A stretch of DNA of 20,000 nt, taken from NCBI GenBank assembly GCA_000934665.2, contig KZ538101.1, positions 108,866 to 128,865 of the forward strand, in the 5' to 3' direction. This document shows positions 1-9,568 of this stretch, piece after piece. The translations under genes and the position numbers were made by a program. This DNA is from Catajapyx aquilonaris (taxonomy: Eukaryota). The notes under the pieces were generated by a model. That model searched no databases, was not told where the DNA came from, and saw nothing but the letters and a program-made list of their open reading frames with translations. Every line of letters starts with the position of its first letter. Position 1 is the stretch's first letter.

Positions 1-127
1 TAATCCGCATAGTCAATAAATGTTATTACATTAACCATCCAAAAAAGAAAATGAAGGGCGATTTCAAATACAAAAAAAAAACATACCGGTATATTCAAGT
101 AGCAGCTAATAAGGAAAAATATGCGTC

Positions 128-450
128 ATATGATGACCTGAATGCATAACGATCATAGTTATATTTGGTCAAAACTGAATTATGCATTGAGTACTGTTAC
201 CCACGATAAAGTCAGTTTTCTGATATACCAACTACGGTTTCTTTAAAAAAAATATTTAGAAAGAAATTATTCCATAAGGAGGAATGCAACCTCCAAACTT
301 CCAACTCTACTCAACATCTGTCAAATGTGACATTTGGTCGTTCTACATTTCAGATCTGCATATTAATTCCATACAACACATAAATACATAATCACCAAAT
401 TAGACATTGATTAAGTCGTTGCGTTTACGGAATTTCCATCGACATTGTTT
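128..450 (+). repeat. Old dispersed repeat fragment, homologous to ~13108-13530
   Basis: ATATGATGACCTGAA at 128-142 and 13108-13122, and TCGTTCTACATTTCAG at 338-353 and 13319-13334, with conserved spacing (210 vs 211 bp). Boundaries approximate. Confidence 0.6.
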
Positions 451-551
451 GACATTACGTACTCAAGGATCTATGCGCATACATGGTAGTTATATCGCAC
501 TTGCTTTTAAGTCATATTACTGCAGGCTATTTGAATATTGGTCCAGTAGTA

Positions 552-713
552 CAGTGTGGGACATAAATCGAGTCATACTGCCAGCGACATTTTCCGAAGC
601 GGCAGAAGAAGGAATCTTGCTCGCCCGGCTTGCAGCATCCTTATCTTCGATTCCTTCTTCTGCCGCTTCGGAAAATGTCGCTAGCAATATGCTTCGGTTT
701 ATGTCCAACACTC
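552..713. mobile_element. Palindromic MITE with Tc1/mariner-like CAGTG terminus (unit 1 of a dimer)
   Basis: Perfect 34-bp inverted repeat 583-616 / 649-682, extending with a few mismatches to 553-616 / 649-712. Starts TA|CAGTG at 550-556 and has a 32-bp loop. Confidence 0.75.
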
Positions 714-1043
714 CAGTGTTGGGCATTAATCGCGTCATACTGCTTGCGACATTTTCTGATGCGGAATAAGTGCAAATCGAAGTGATAGAGTGTGAGCCGT
801 GCGAGTAAGAAGAGGTAGGCCTTGAGTGACGTCACCTGCTGGGGGGGCAATGGAGAAAAGGCTTGTCCCCAGCCAGTGACGTCACCCTAGGGCTACCACT
901 TCTTACTCGCACGGCTCGCATTCTATTTTATCTATTTTTCGTTTTCGTTTCGTTTCGTTTCGTTTCGTTTCGTTCGCTTCATTTCGTTTTCTATTCTATT
1001 CTATCACTTCGATTTGCACGTCTGCCGCATCGGACCAGCACTG
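714..1043. mobile_element. Palindromic MITE of the same family (unit 2 of the dimer), with a microsatellite expansion in the right arm
   Basis: 714-766 repeats the start of unit 1 (CAGTGTTGGGCATTAATCGCGTCATACTGC...). Arms pair 785-850 / 863-926 and 755-790 / 998-1034. Ends CACTG|TA at 1039-1045. The right TIR lacks ~30 bp internally. Confidence 0.75.
927..1003 (+). repeat. (TTTCG)n / (TTCTA)n pentanucleotide microsatellite
   Basis: Directly visible runs of tttcg and ctatt units. Confidence 0.9.
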
Positions 1044-2363
1044 TACCATACGTTTATTTTCATAATTATTGTACCGTAACACTATTCGGCACATCCCTTT
1101 TGTCGACGACACCATTCCAAACCCCAACAGTTACTAAACCTATACTCTACCCCATGCAGATTTGCCTAAGTGCACTTATTGAAACGCGATCAACCTCCCT
1201 TGATCCGAAACCGAGTAGGAAATTGGAAAGGCTTAGTAGTGAGCCTGTCCGGGCCGAGAAAACAAGGCTAGATTAGGTGGAGGGGGGGGTTACTGGCGAT
1301 TATTTTTCTTTCCTCTATATTATTGTTCCCTCCGTTAAGTTGAAGTAGAGCGTGAGAGAAAAGAAAGCGGAGTGTCTGAAGCGGACGTTTTTACTGCGCT
1401 CAGTTGATCCTGCGGTAGGATAATAGGAAAGTGACAGCTGATTAGGTGTGCGAGTGTCTTGCTGCAATTTCTTCACCATTGGGGGCGGAGGGTGGAGTGG
1501 TCGTTTTGGTGGTGGGGGGGTTGAGCTCAGCTGTTCAATTTCCTTGGCTAGACGGCGGAATAATAGCGGGCTTGATGAGAGAGAAGGAGAGGAAGACGCA
1601 TTGATTTTCGCATTGCTTAGCTTTGCTTTTGTCCTTCAGGTTTGGCGATGCTCATTGCCTTGCTATCCTTCCAAGCCTTGCTTTTCCCCCCTACCATTGC
1701 TGGGAGTCAGGTGCACTAGGCTGAGCCCCCTGAAGCCGCTCTGTCAAATTACGCAAACACCATGGGGGGAGGGAGGAAAAGCCTCATAAGTAAGTTTTCT
1801 TCCAAGCCTCCTCCTTCAGAATAAGTTTGGAGGAGGGGGCTAACTAAGCAGGACACACCTGGCCTTTTCCTGTATGGTTAAGCTCCTTTTCCCATTTTGG
1901 GAACACAGGCAACATGAAGATCATGTGCAGCATCTTAGGGGCTATTGAACTTGCATTGCCTGCTGCTACCTCCCCTACCACCTCTTCCATTCATCATCTC
2001 CTGCTCTCTTGAGACACATGAGCCTAAAAACTCCTTCACTCGCTTTTTAAGGTATGGTTCTACTTCCATCCCCAGGACTTTGATCCTGCACACAAATGGC
2101 TTGATCACCACTAAGGAACGCGAAGCGGGGAACTAAATCTTGGACTGTTGCGCTTTTTTCTTTGGAATTTGGACCGATAATTGGCCCTAGGCCTGTTTCA
2201 GTCAGAATCACTTTTGTTCGGAGCCAATTCCAACTCTTTTTCGGATGTTGGATAAAAATTTTTGTTGCGATGGAAACAATACTTAGCTGTTCTTTTTGTA
2301 GGGTGCACATGGAGAAAAATGGCTTTAAAAATATCGCTCTAATCGTGGTTACTGTGCAAATAA

Positions 2364-2683
2364 GAGGGGAGACGGAGTGGCGCCGCGGTAACGCGCGCGC
2401 CCACGGATGTTAAGGTCCCGGGTTCGATCCCAGCCCGGGGACACCCCCTTCATCTCGTGCAGAGGTCGGTCACCTCTGGCTTCGTCTCGGGTGGTATTTC
2501 CTACAGACTAAACCACCCGGGGGAGCTCACTAAAAATGGCCACACGTCAGATGCACTGCACTTGCACATCCCCTCCTGTCATCCTGCCCGTGGGCCCGGG
2601 CGATACGTATAAAGGCTCCAATGTATACAACAAATAAAGGTCCATGTGATAAACCCTGATAGGGTGAAAGCATTACCCAAACA

Positions 2684-2729
<46 letters not shown>
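2364..2729 (+). mobile_element. Full-length tRNA-derived SINE (family D) with (TTA)n tail
   Basis: A-box-like TGGCGCCGCGG 2378-2388, B box GGTTCGATCCC 2421-2431, 3' stem-loop ACCCT-GAT-AGGGT 2653-2665, (ATT)n tail from 2684, and perfect 14-bp TSD TACTGTGCAAATAA at 2350-2363 and 2730-2743. Confidence 0.92.
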
Positions 2730-2731
<2 letters not shown>

Positions 2732-2862
2732 CTGTGCAAATAATATTGATAAATGATATATTTTAGGCCTCATTTTAGTGATTAAGTCCGCTCCTACTGT
2801 CACCCATTTTTATTTTTATTTTTGTCACATGTGCCCATTTTCGATCATTTTTGCTCCGTTTG

Positions 2863-3508
2863 CTGTCACTTAGACGACCATATCTTATAAAAGGCGGGGT
2901 CAAATCTGACATTTAATATGTGCACTCGAAGGGTAATTTCACGCGCTATGAGATGGTCATTATTTTTCAAAATTGAAAATACCGAAAATGTAAAATAAAA
3001 AATGGCCCCAAAACTTTGATTTTGATATTGCTTATTAATCGATCCCTATACGATTTCTTTTGAATGGCACTTAAAATGATAAGGGCAATGTTTTCTTCAC
3101 ATTTCCGAAAAATACGGAGAATCGATTTTTGATGTTTGCCAACAATAATAACTTTTTTGGTTCCAAGAACTTCTCGTCAGTGTAGTCACCTCATTTGGAG
3201 GACCATAACTCGGAGAAAGTCAGGTACAATCTTATATTTGATATATGAATTCGAAAGGTATTTTTATTCTCCAGGAGATGGTCAGACTCAAAATTTATAA
3301 ATCCAAAAATTTTAAATCAAATATATTTTGATTTTGATATTGTTCAATAATAGACACCTACGATTTCTTTTGAATGGCACTTAAAATCATCCGGGTAATG
3401 TTTACTTGACATTTCCGCAAAATCTGGAGAACCGATTTTCGATATTTGCTCAATGTAAAATTATTTTATGTGCAAGGCACGTACCGTAAGAGTAGTCACC
3501 TCAATTGG
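2863..3508. repeat. Diverged tandem duplication of a ~310-325 bp unit, probably internal to a non-autonomous DNA element
   Basis: Collinear shared blocks occur twice: GACCATA (2876/3201), GAGATGGTCA (2950/3275), TTTGATTTTGATATTG, TACGATTTCTTTTGAATGGCACTTAAAAT and GTAGTCACCTCA. Confidence 0.85.
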
Positions 3509-3537
3509 CAATAAAATTATTCTCCAGATTTTGCGGA

Positions 3538-3661
3538 AACCTCCTTGGTGCAGGTCAGAGACCCTCCCGACGCAGGTGAAAGGGAACTCCCAGGCGGGGA
3601 TCGAACCTGGGACCTTTCACTCAGCAAGCCGAGACGTTACTATCTCGGCCACCACACCTCC
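3538..3661 (-). mobile_element. tRNA-derived SINE family A, 5' head only
   Basis: Minus strand reads GAGGTGTGGTGGCCGAGATAGTAACG...GGTTCGATCCC (B box at 3597-3607). Highly similar to 11750-11861 and 17933-18055. Confidence 0.9.
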
Positions 3662-3981
3662 CCTACTGTCACCCATTGCAGCTGAATCATTGTTTTCTGG
3701 GCTACATCTTATAAAAGAAGGATTCTAGGGCATCGCTGTAGCATACCCTTTACATTCGCCAAATGTCAATCCAAAAGTCACTAGGGGTGAGTTGATGGCT
3801 TGAAGGCTTGCTCCTTCTTTATTGGACCACGCCAACCATTTTTAAGTGTTAAAATTGAGTTAATTTAGCAATCCTTCAGTTGCGTGCACCTTGCACCACT
3901 ATACTGTATTCAGCAGAATGTCTCCGAGCCTGATTTTTCTGACGGGTAAGTCATATTGACTTTCTGGCTTGACTGTAATAT

Positions 3982-4205
3982 ATGGATACCCCGTGATAGG
4001 CATCCTTGGGCCTCTTAGGGGGATCATCTTTTGAATAACCGTCTTTAATCATTGCCTGCGCTGTAATGAATTTTGATTGCGGGAGGAGAACCCCGAGAAA
4101 ACCCACGCGAACACGGAGAGAACCCATCGAAACTATCCACATAAGTAGGCCTATCCTCCGTCCGACCCGGGGATCGAACTCGGAACCTCAGAGGGGTGTC
4201 GCCCG
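3982..4205 (-). mobile_element. 5'-truncated tRNA-derived SINE (family B) with a V-domain-like body
   Basis: B box AGTTCGATCCC (4170-4180, minus). Body GTGGATAGTTTCGATGGGTTCTCTCCGTGTTCGCGTGGGTTTTCTCGGGGTTCTCCTCCC resembles the V-SINE conserved domain as I recall it. 19-bp TSD with one mismatch, TCTG(G/A)CTTGACTGTAATAT, at 3963-3981 and 4206-4224. Confidence 0.8.
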
Positions 4206-6313
4206 TCTGACTTGACTGTAATATTCTATAATGTAACTTTGTACAAAATAAATAATACTAAAAGTTAGCTTCTTCCAGTACTTCTGTTTTCAGCCGTCTT
4301 ATACTATATTTCCTACTCCTTTGTCATATATGTCAGTTGCTCCTCTGTCTGCTTTCTCTGTATTGCGTTTCTAACGTGAGTCGCCTACACTTTGTATATT
4401 ATGAGAGTTCCCTCCAGTATCATAATCAAAATCTCTCCCCCCCCCCCCCCCATGTCGTAGTAAGAATAAAAGCATTCTATGAGTATTTGTTGCTGCCATT
4501 ATTCATCTTCTTGTTTGCTGGAAACATAATGAAGGCTGAAACTTATCCTGTTTCTAAACTTTCTTCGGGAGGAAAGTACAGGTTCAGCCAATAGCATACG
4601 GTAGTTCAGATCCACCGTCTTCTCTTAATCCTACATCCTCACAGGCTCACACCAACCTCAAACAAATGATCTTGAGACGATAAATTCCGGTCTTCAAGAC
4701 GGAGTTATCACTTGATAATTTCCGCTTTGTAAGCATGACATACCCACTCCGTTTTAAGAATCTGGTTTGGGGTGGGATTAAGATAAGACGATGGGTTTTG
4801 CCGCATGTTGTAGGCTGCACTATAACCTGAGTTCCAAAAGGAAATGGTTCATTGCCCCTCCGTTACATTTTCAAAATCTAGAGTTAGCACTGGCTGCCAG
4901 AATAAAATCCTAAACCATGGGTAATTACTACCAAAACCAAAACGAATGCCTCTCCTGCGTCAAATAACACATTTCAACATTTTATAAATACGACCTAAAG
5001 CACTCTTTTGGAAACTAAAACTCGTCATATTTATGTCGAGTAAATCAAGATTTTTTTTCTAAAAAAAAAACTTCCGTCACACCTGTTCTAAACAACCCCC
5101 CCCCCTTTTTTTCCCTATCTATCCCGCCTTTCCCCCCCTCTTCCCAAAACTCCCCTATGAGCCTTACATAATACTTGAACGACTCCTGGGCTGACACAAG
5201 AAATAGACTAGTTTGAAAGCATGAGGCCAGCAAAGGGCGCCCTTGTCTGCTGTAATAAGGAAGAAAAAGCCCGCAAAGAGGCTTCTTGCGTGATGCTACA
5301 GGCCCAGCAGCACAAAAGAGAGAGAGAGAGAGAGGGTGAAGATTGTGTAGAAGGAGAGGGGGAAGGGGGGGTGGGGATAGAAAGAGAAAAACACCTCAAA
5401 CCGACAAGGCAGAAAATGAAAAAAAGTACTTATTTTTACGACTCCTAGGAGCACTTTTCACCATTCAGACCCCCATGCTCTTCTAGAGAGAGTTTTAAAC
5501 ACACTCTAGCATTTCTCACGATTATCGTTGGGTTATATAAATGAAGGGCCTTCACGTTTCATTTTCCTCTGGTACCAACTACTGCATTTATAGGTGTTCA
5601 TTTACCCCTGTGTTTTTTTTTAATGGCGGCAAAGTGGAGGAAAGTCCTGGTCGCATTTGAGCGATTTCTATTTCGGTTGATTGCGTAAAATAATCAGGTA
5701 CTGATTGAGTCCGGAAACCTTACTCAGTCGGTTCATTCTCTGAATCTGTCGGCCTTTAGTTGGAAAGAGTGAGGTACCAATATCCGGCGAGGTCCTGAAA
5801 AGGCTGCAGTGATGCTATAGGCGAACTTTTAGGAGCTAAATCAGAGTAGTGTCAACCCCTATAGGCTACGGGTTCAACTGCCATGGATCAATGTAATACA
5901 AAAGGATTAAATCAAGACCACTTCCGATGGGATTACTCCATTTTATTTTAAAAAAACGGAAGTCGATTTGGTTGTCAACGGAACATTTTTGAAAAGTGTT
6001 GGCTGAGGAATTGTGTCAGGTGCCATGGTACTGAACAAGACCAGCGACAGCTATCCGATGCTTCTTACAAATTTGGACATTGGGCTTCAGGATGTCGACA
6101 CTAGGGGTCGGATTTATGTATGTGCTGCCATCTGGTTGCTCCCAAGAGGACTACACAATGTGACAGCCCATTTCAAATGCAGCCACGTTCGCAGATATTC
6201 CAGTCAATGTCCCAAGGTAGGAAGCTGCTTTAGTGGCCACATCACTCATTTCACACACAGGAAGGAACAGGGTTCAAGACCGGGTTGCCTAGCTCGTTAC
6301 ATAAAACATACTT

Positions 6314-6612
6314 ATTTATTTATTTTACCCCATTGGGAGAATCAGCGCTCCATTAGGGGGGGGGGGTGGCATNTGGCATACCACCATTTTATCACTCAAT
6401 TTTTTCTGAAACTTTTACACATGGATGGGGCCAAGGATAGGAAAGGAAGGAAGCGGCTGTGGCCTATGATACGGAAGCGACCCCGGAATTATCCTGGGAG
6501 GACCGTGGAAAACCACAGAAAACTACGGTCAGGATCGCCGGCCCCGAGAATCGAACCTAGGACCTCCCGATTACCAGTCGTACTCCTTAACCACTACACC
6601 AACCTGCTTCGG
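6314..6612 (-). mobile_element. Full-length tRNA-derived SINE (family C)
   Basis: A box TGGTGTAGTGG (6591-6601, minus), B box GGTTCGATTCT (6547-6557, minus), tail GGGGTAAAATAAATAAATAA, and 12-bp TSD TAAAACAT(A/C)CTT at 6302-6313 and 6613-6624. Confidence 0.88.
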
Positions 6613-7683
6613 TAAAACATCCTTTGCAGATGAAAGAAAGAATGGCATCATGATCTCAAAAAAAGGGGAGAAAAAATTTGCATGTTGGCATCCTGTTTGC
6701 CCTAAACCAGCTGCAGAGCTATGCACTTGAGCCGAGGATTTCCAGAAGATGAACTTGAACATTAATTCCTTATTCTGACTCGCAGTGTAGGATTGGTTTA
6801 GAGTGGAAAGGAAAATTAATTTTACAGTCAATTAATCTCTATCACTTGCTAACCAAGATTAAAACGTCAGGCGGTAATGGGGTGTAATTTTAAGGATGCA
6901 TTGAGGCTCTCTCATCTGATTAATTCTCTGTCGATGCCTAACTCTCACCACCAGACTGAAGCACTGCAAGGAGTAAAGCTGTTGGGCAGTGTATGTCGGA
7001 CATTGAGATCTTCTCCAGATGGGGCTAAAAATAAATTTCAACAATTTTACTCTCAGGTATAGGTAACTTACAAAACGAAAATAACAGTCGAGTTGCTAAA
7101 TGTTCTTTGATTAATATTTTGTCAAAATGTAGGAGACTAGGGTTATTAGGCAAAAGTTTTACAATATCCAGGTCCTGCCTGCAAAATAATTAACGCTAAC
7201 GAATATTTAATATAAATGAAATCGTAATTATTTAACTACGATTTCCGATAGTCGATATTTCCTCTCTTGCAAAACCGGTGAAACTGTGATAGTATTAATA
7301 TGCCATTACTGCCCCTTCCGCGTTATTGAACCGTTTTGTGCGAAAGTCAGATATGCCTGCATGATCAAATCGCGTTTTTAAAATGCAAATTATTGAAAAC
7401 ATGCCCCTTTTCCACACATTTTGATAATGGACCAGATGAACTAATGCCACCACGAAATACTGTGTAGGACAGTAGCTGTGCATGGTGGTAGGCCTACAGC
7501 AGTTTTTTCATTAAGTTCATCAAGTGTCACCCCTTGGAAGATAATTTTACATCAATTTTACGCACATCATGTTGTTAGCGGCATCACTATTGTATTATAA
7601 AGGCTGTGTATTGCAACAAATACAAAATAACAGTAGCACTGCTGTACTTCACACTGTAACCTTACCTAGTGCATGTAATAGCA

Positions 7684-7927
7684 GGTGTGGTGGAAAAAGG
7701 TGATAACCCACAAATGTGTAATTTTTCAGGAGAGCAAATTGAAGTTTGCACTCTCTTCACAAAATTCCTATATGGAATTCGTGTTTTTATCTAGTCTGTA
7801 TGACCGTCTCGTGCATGATGCGTGAACTTTGAGTATACCAAACTGTTTCTCACGTCTTTTATATTAGTTGCTAGGTGTTTAGGTTAAAAATGACAAAATT
7901 AGGGTTATCACCTTTTTCCACCACACC
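7684..7927. mobile_element. MITE, ~245 bp, with 26-bp perfect terminal inverted repeats
   Basis: GGTGTGGTGGAAAAAGGTGATAACCC at 7684-7709 and its exact reverse complement at 7902-7927. TSD not resolved. Confidence 0.75.
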
Positions 7928-8744
7928 CCTCACATGTACTGCGTGCTATAGTATGGTATACTCTTGATATAGCGTTCAAGCCGGCAAAAATCGATTTGGG
8001 CTCTTTTTTTTTACACCAGTTACTGCCCGCATCTGGCTGTTGTTTACTTCAGATCCACTGCGTCCAGGAGTATTACAGTATAAGCCATTAGTGTTATTCT
8101 GTACCGTGATGGACACAGCTTCAAGCACTTGTGCTCACCTGAGAATAATTCAGTAAGCCTACACCCATGCCAGAACTTTGATAAAATTTGTCATTATTAT
8201 AAAATAGTTCCTGACGTAGTAGTGGCTGGACATTATTCTCATAATATCCGAAACGTTATCAGAAACTATGCGGATTAAACATAATATTGATTCATGCTGC
8301 AACAACTTTAGTAACTCCATGCATTTTTAATTAGAACTGTGTATATGGTCCTGAGTGTAAATTTTGGTGCACATCATGTACTGAAGGGTGTGAGATATTA
8401 TCATGCTACTGCATATGTTATAACATAAACGCGCTCGTAATCCATATTATTCTTGGCTCGCCATAGAAAGATAATAATAAGCCGGAGCCAACACCCGCTT
8501 CCCTAACCACTAGCATAAAATACCGATCGGCAAACATTGTGACGAAGGGAGGGAGGGGGGGTGTAAGCGTAGGGATGATGGGCATTTATATTCTTGCCGC
8601 TCCGCAGCATATTGGGATTAGCATATGCAGCAGATCATTGCGACTCATAAGTGGGAGTCCAAAAACTGGCGCCAGCCAAAATGTGAAAATTTCCATTACC
8701 TCGCCCCTTGCCTAGGATACATATCACCCTGTACGATAATGATG

Positions 8745-8880
8745 ACACTGTTGGTAGTAGCTCGTGCTTTACAAGCTCCCATCCTTGGTTCGATTCCACG
8801 TCCAGACTAGTTGGATATTAAAAGTTACGCCTGGCCCACCTTAGCATAAACCGCTAATTAACGGACTTGGAAACCTCTGA
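8745..8880 (+). mobile_element. Possible highly decayed SINE head
   Basis: B-box match GGTTCGATTCC at 8787-8797 with a weak A-box-like TGGTAGTAG upstream. No TSD or tail seen. Confidence 0.3.
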
Positions 8881-9490
8881 CACACTCCAGTGCCTTCTAG
8901 ATCTCTGGTAGCAACATTGCATTCGCTTGCAAGCCACGTGCAATCAGTTGCTCATGACATGGAGCTTCGTTTGCATCTGATGTCACGGAAGCGTGACTGC
9001 CACCGAATTGTTGGGAATGGAATGCAGTGAGTCAGATGCCCCCCCCCTCCCCTCCCAAGTTCAAACGTTCAAGTTCTATATGAAGTTTGTATTTACGTTG
9101 TGCTCATTTTTTTGGGATGTGGTACGTGCGATGCTCTCAGGGGCTGTAATCATCGGTCACACACACGCAAATTCATCCCCGATGCCCTTTTTTTTCACAC
9201 CCCTACACCCCTTTATCACAGTGTTTATGTTATTGAAATTCATAATCGAATGGCAAATGCGATAAGCCAAAACGACCGGCATTAGCCTGTCATTTCTTGT
9301 CGTCCTTCCCCACATCAAATTCTAATATAAAATTTTATTACAACTATTATGACCGCGTAATGTGTATGTGGGTGCGGGGATGTGCGTAAATGTGCGTGGT
9401 CTGGATGGGGATGATCCGATGCCTTAGCTTTTAATCGATCTTGTCACTTATGACTCACACTAGTGCACATGTGAAAACATGTCATAAAGA

Positions 9491-9491
<1 letters not shown>

Positions 9492-9567
<76 letters not shown>
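9492..9567 (+). repeat. (ATT)n microsatellite, ~25 units
   Basis: Perfect trinucleotide run. Confidence 0.97.

Positions 9568-9568
<1 letters not shown>

Noticed and set aside
128..142. ATGATGA + CTGA as C/D-box snoRNA motifs (also at 13108)
   Set aside because: The boxes are adjacent with no guide region or terminal stem, and they lie in a dispersed repeat.
407..769. 120-aa ORF (and antisense 517-738) with an internally repeated peptide
   Set aside because: The repetition comes from the MITE inverted repeats. No recognisable protein.
1620..1796. Possible exon (polypyrimidine-CAG acceptor at ~1639, GTAAGT at 1790) with hydrophobic MLIALLSFQALLF start
   Set aside because: That frame stops after 23 codons and no partner exons or homology are visible. 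A non-coding or UTR exon cannot be excluded without RNA-seq.
2364..2445. SINE heads as real tRNA genes (here and in the other copies)
   Set aside because: A/B boxes are present but no clean cloverleaf forms, and each head continues into a SINE body, mostly with tail and TSD.
2650..2672. CTGATAG...GAAA resembling a hammerhead ribozyme core
   Set aside because: Lacks CUGANGA and stems I-III. Better explained as a retroposon 3' stem-loop.
2530..2803. Poly-Ile and poly-Asn ORFs
   Set aside because: Translations of the (TTA)n SINE tail.
5300..5570. GA/G-rich tract followed by TATATAAA (5534) and TCATTTT as a core promoter or G-quadruplex
   Set aside because: Common low-complexity motifs, with no downstream exon or ORF support.
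6013..6615. Longest ORF, 200 aa
   Set aside because: Non-ATG start, half of it is an antisense SINE, it contains an ambiguous base, and no domain is recognisable.
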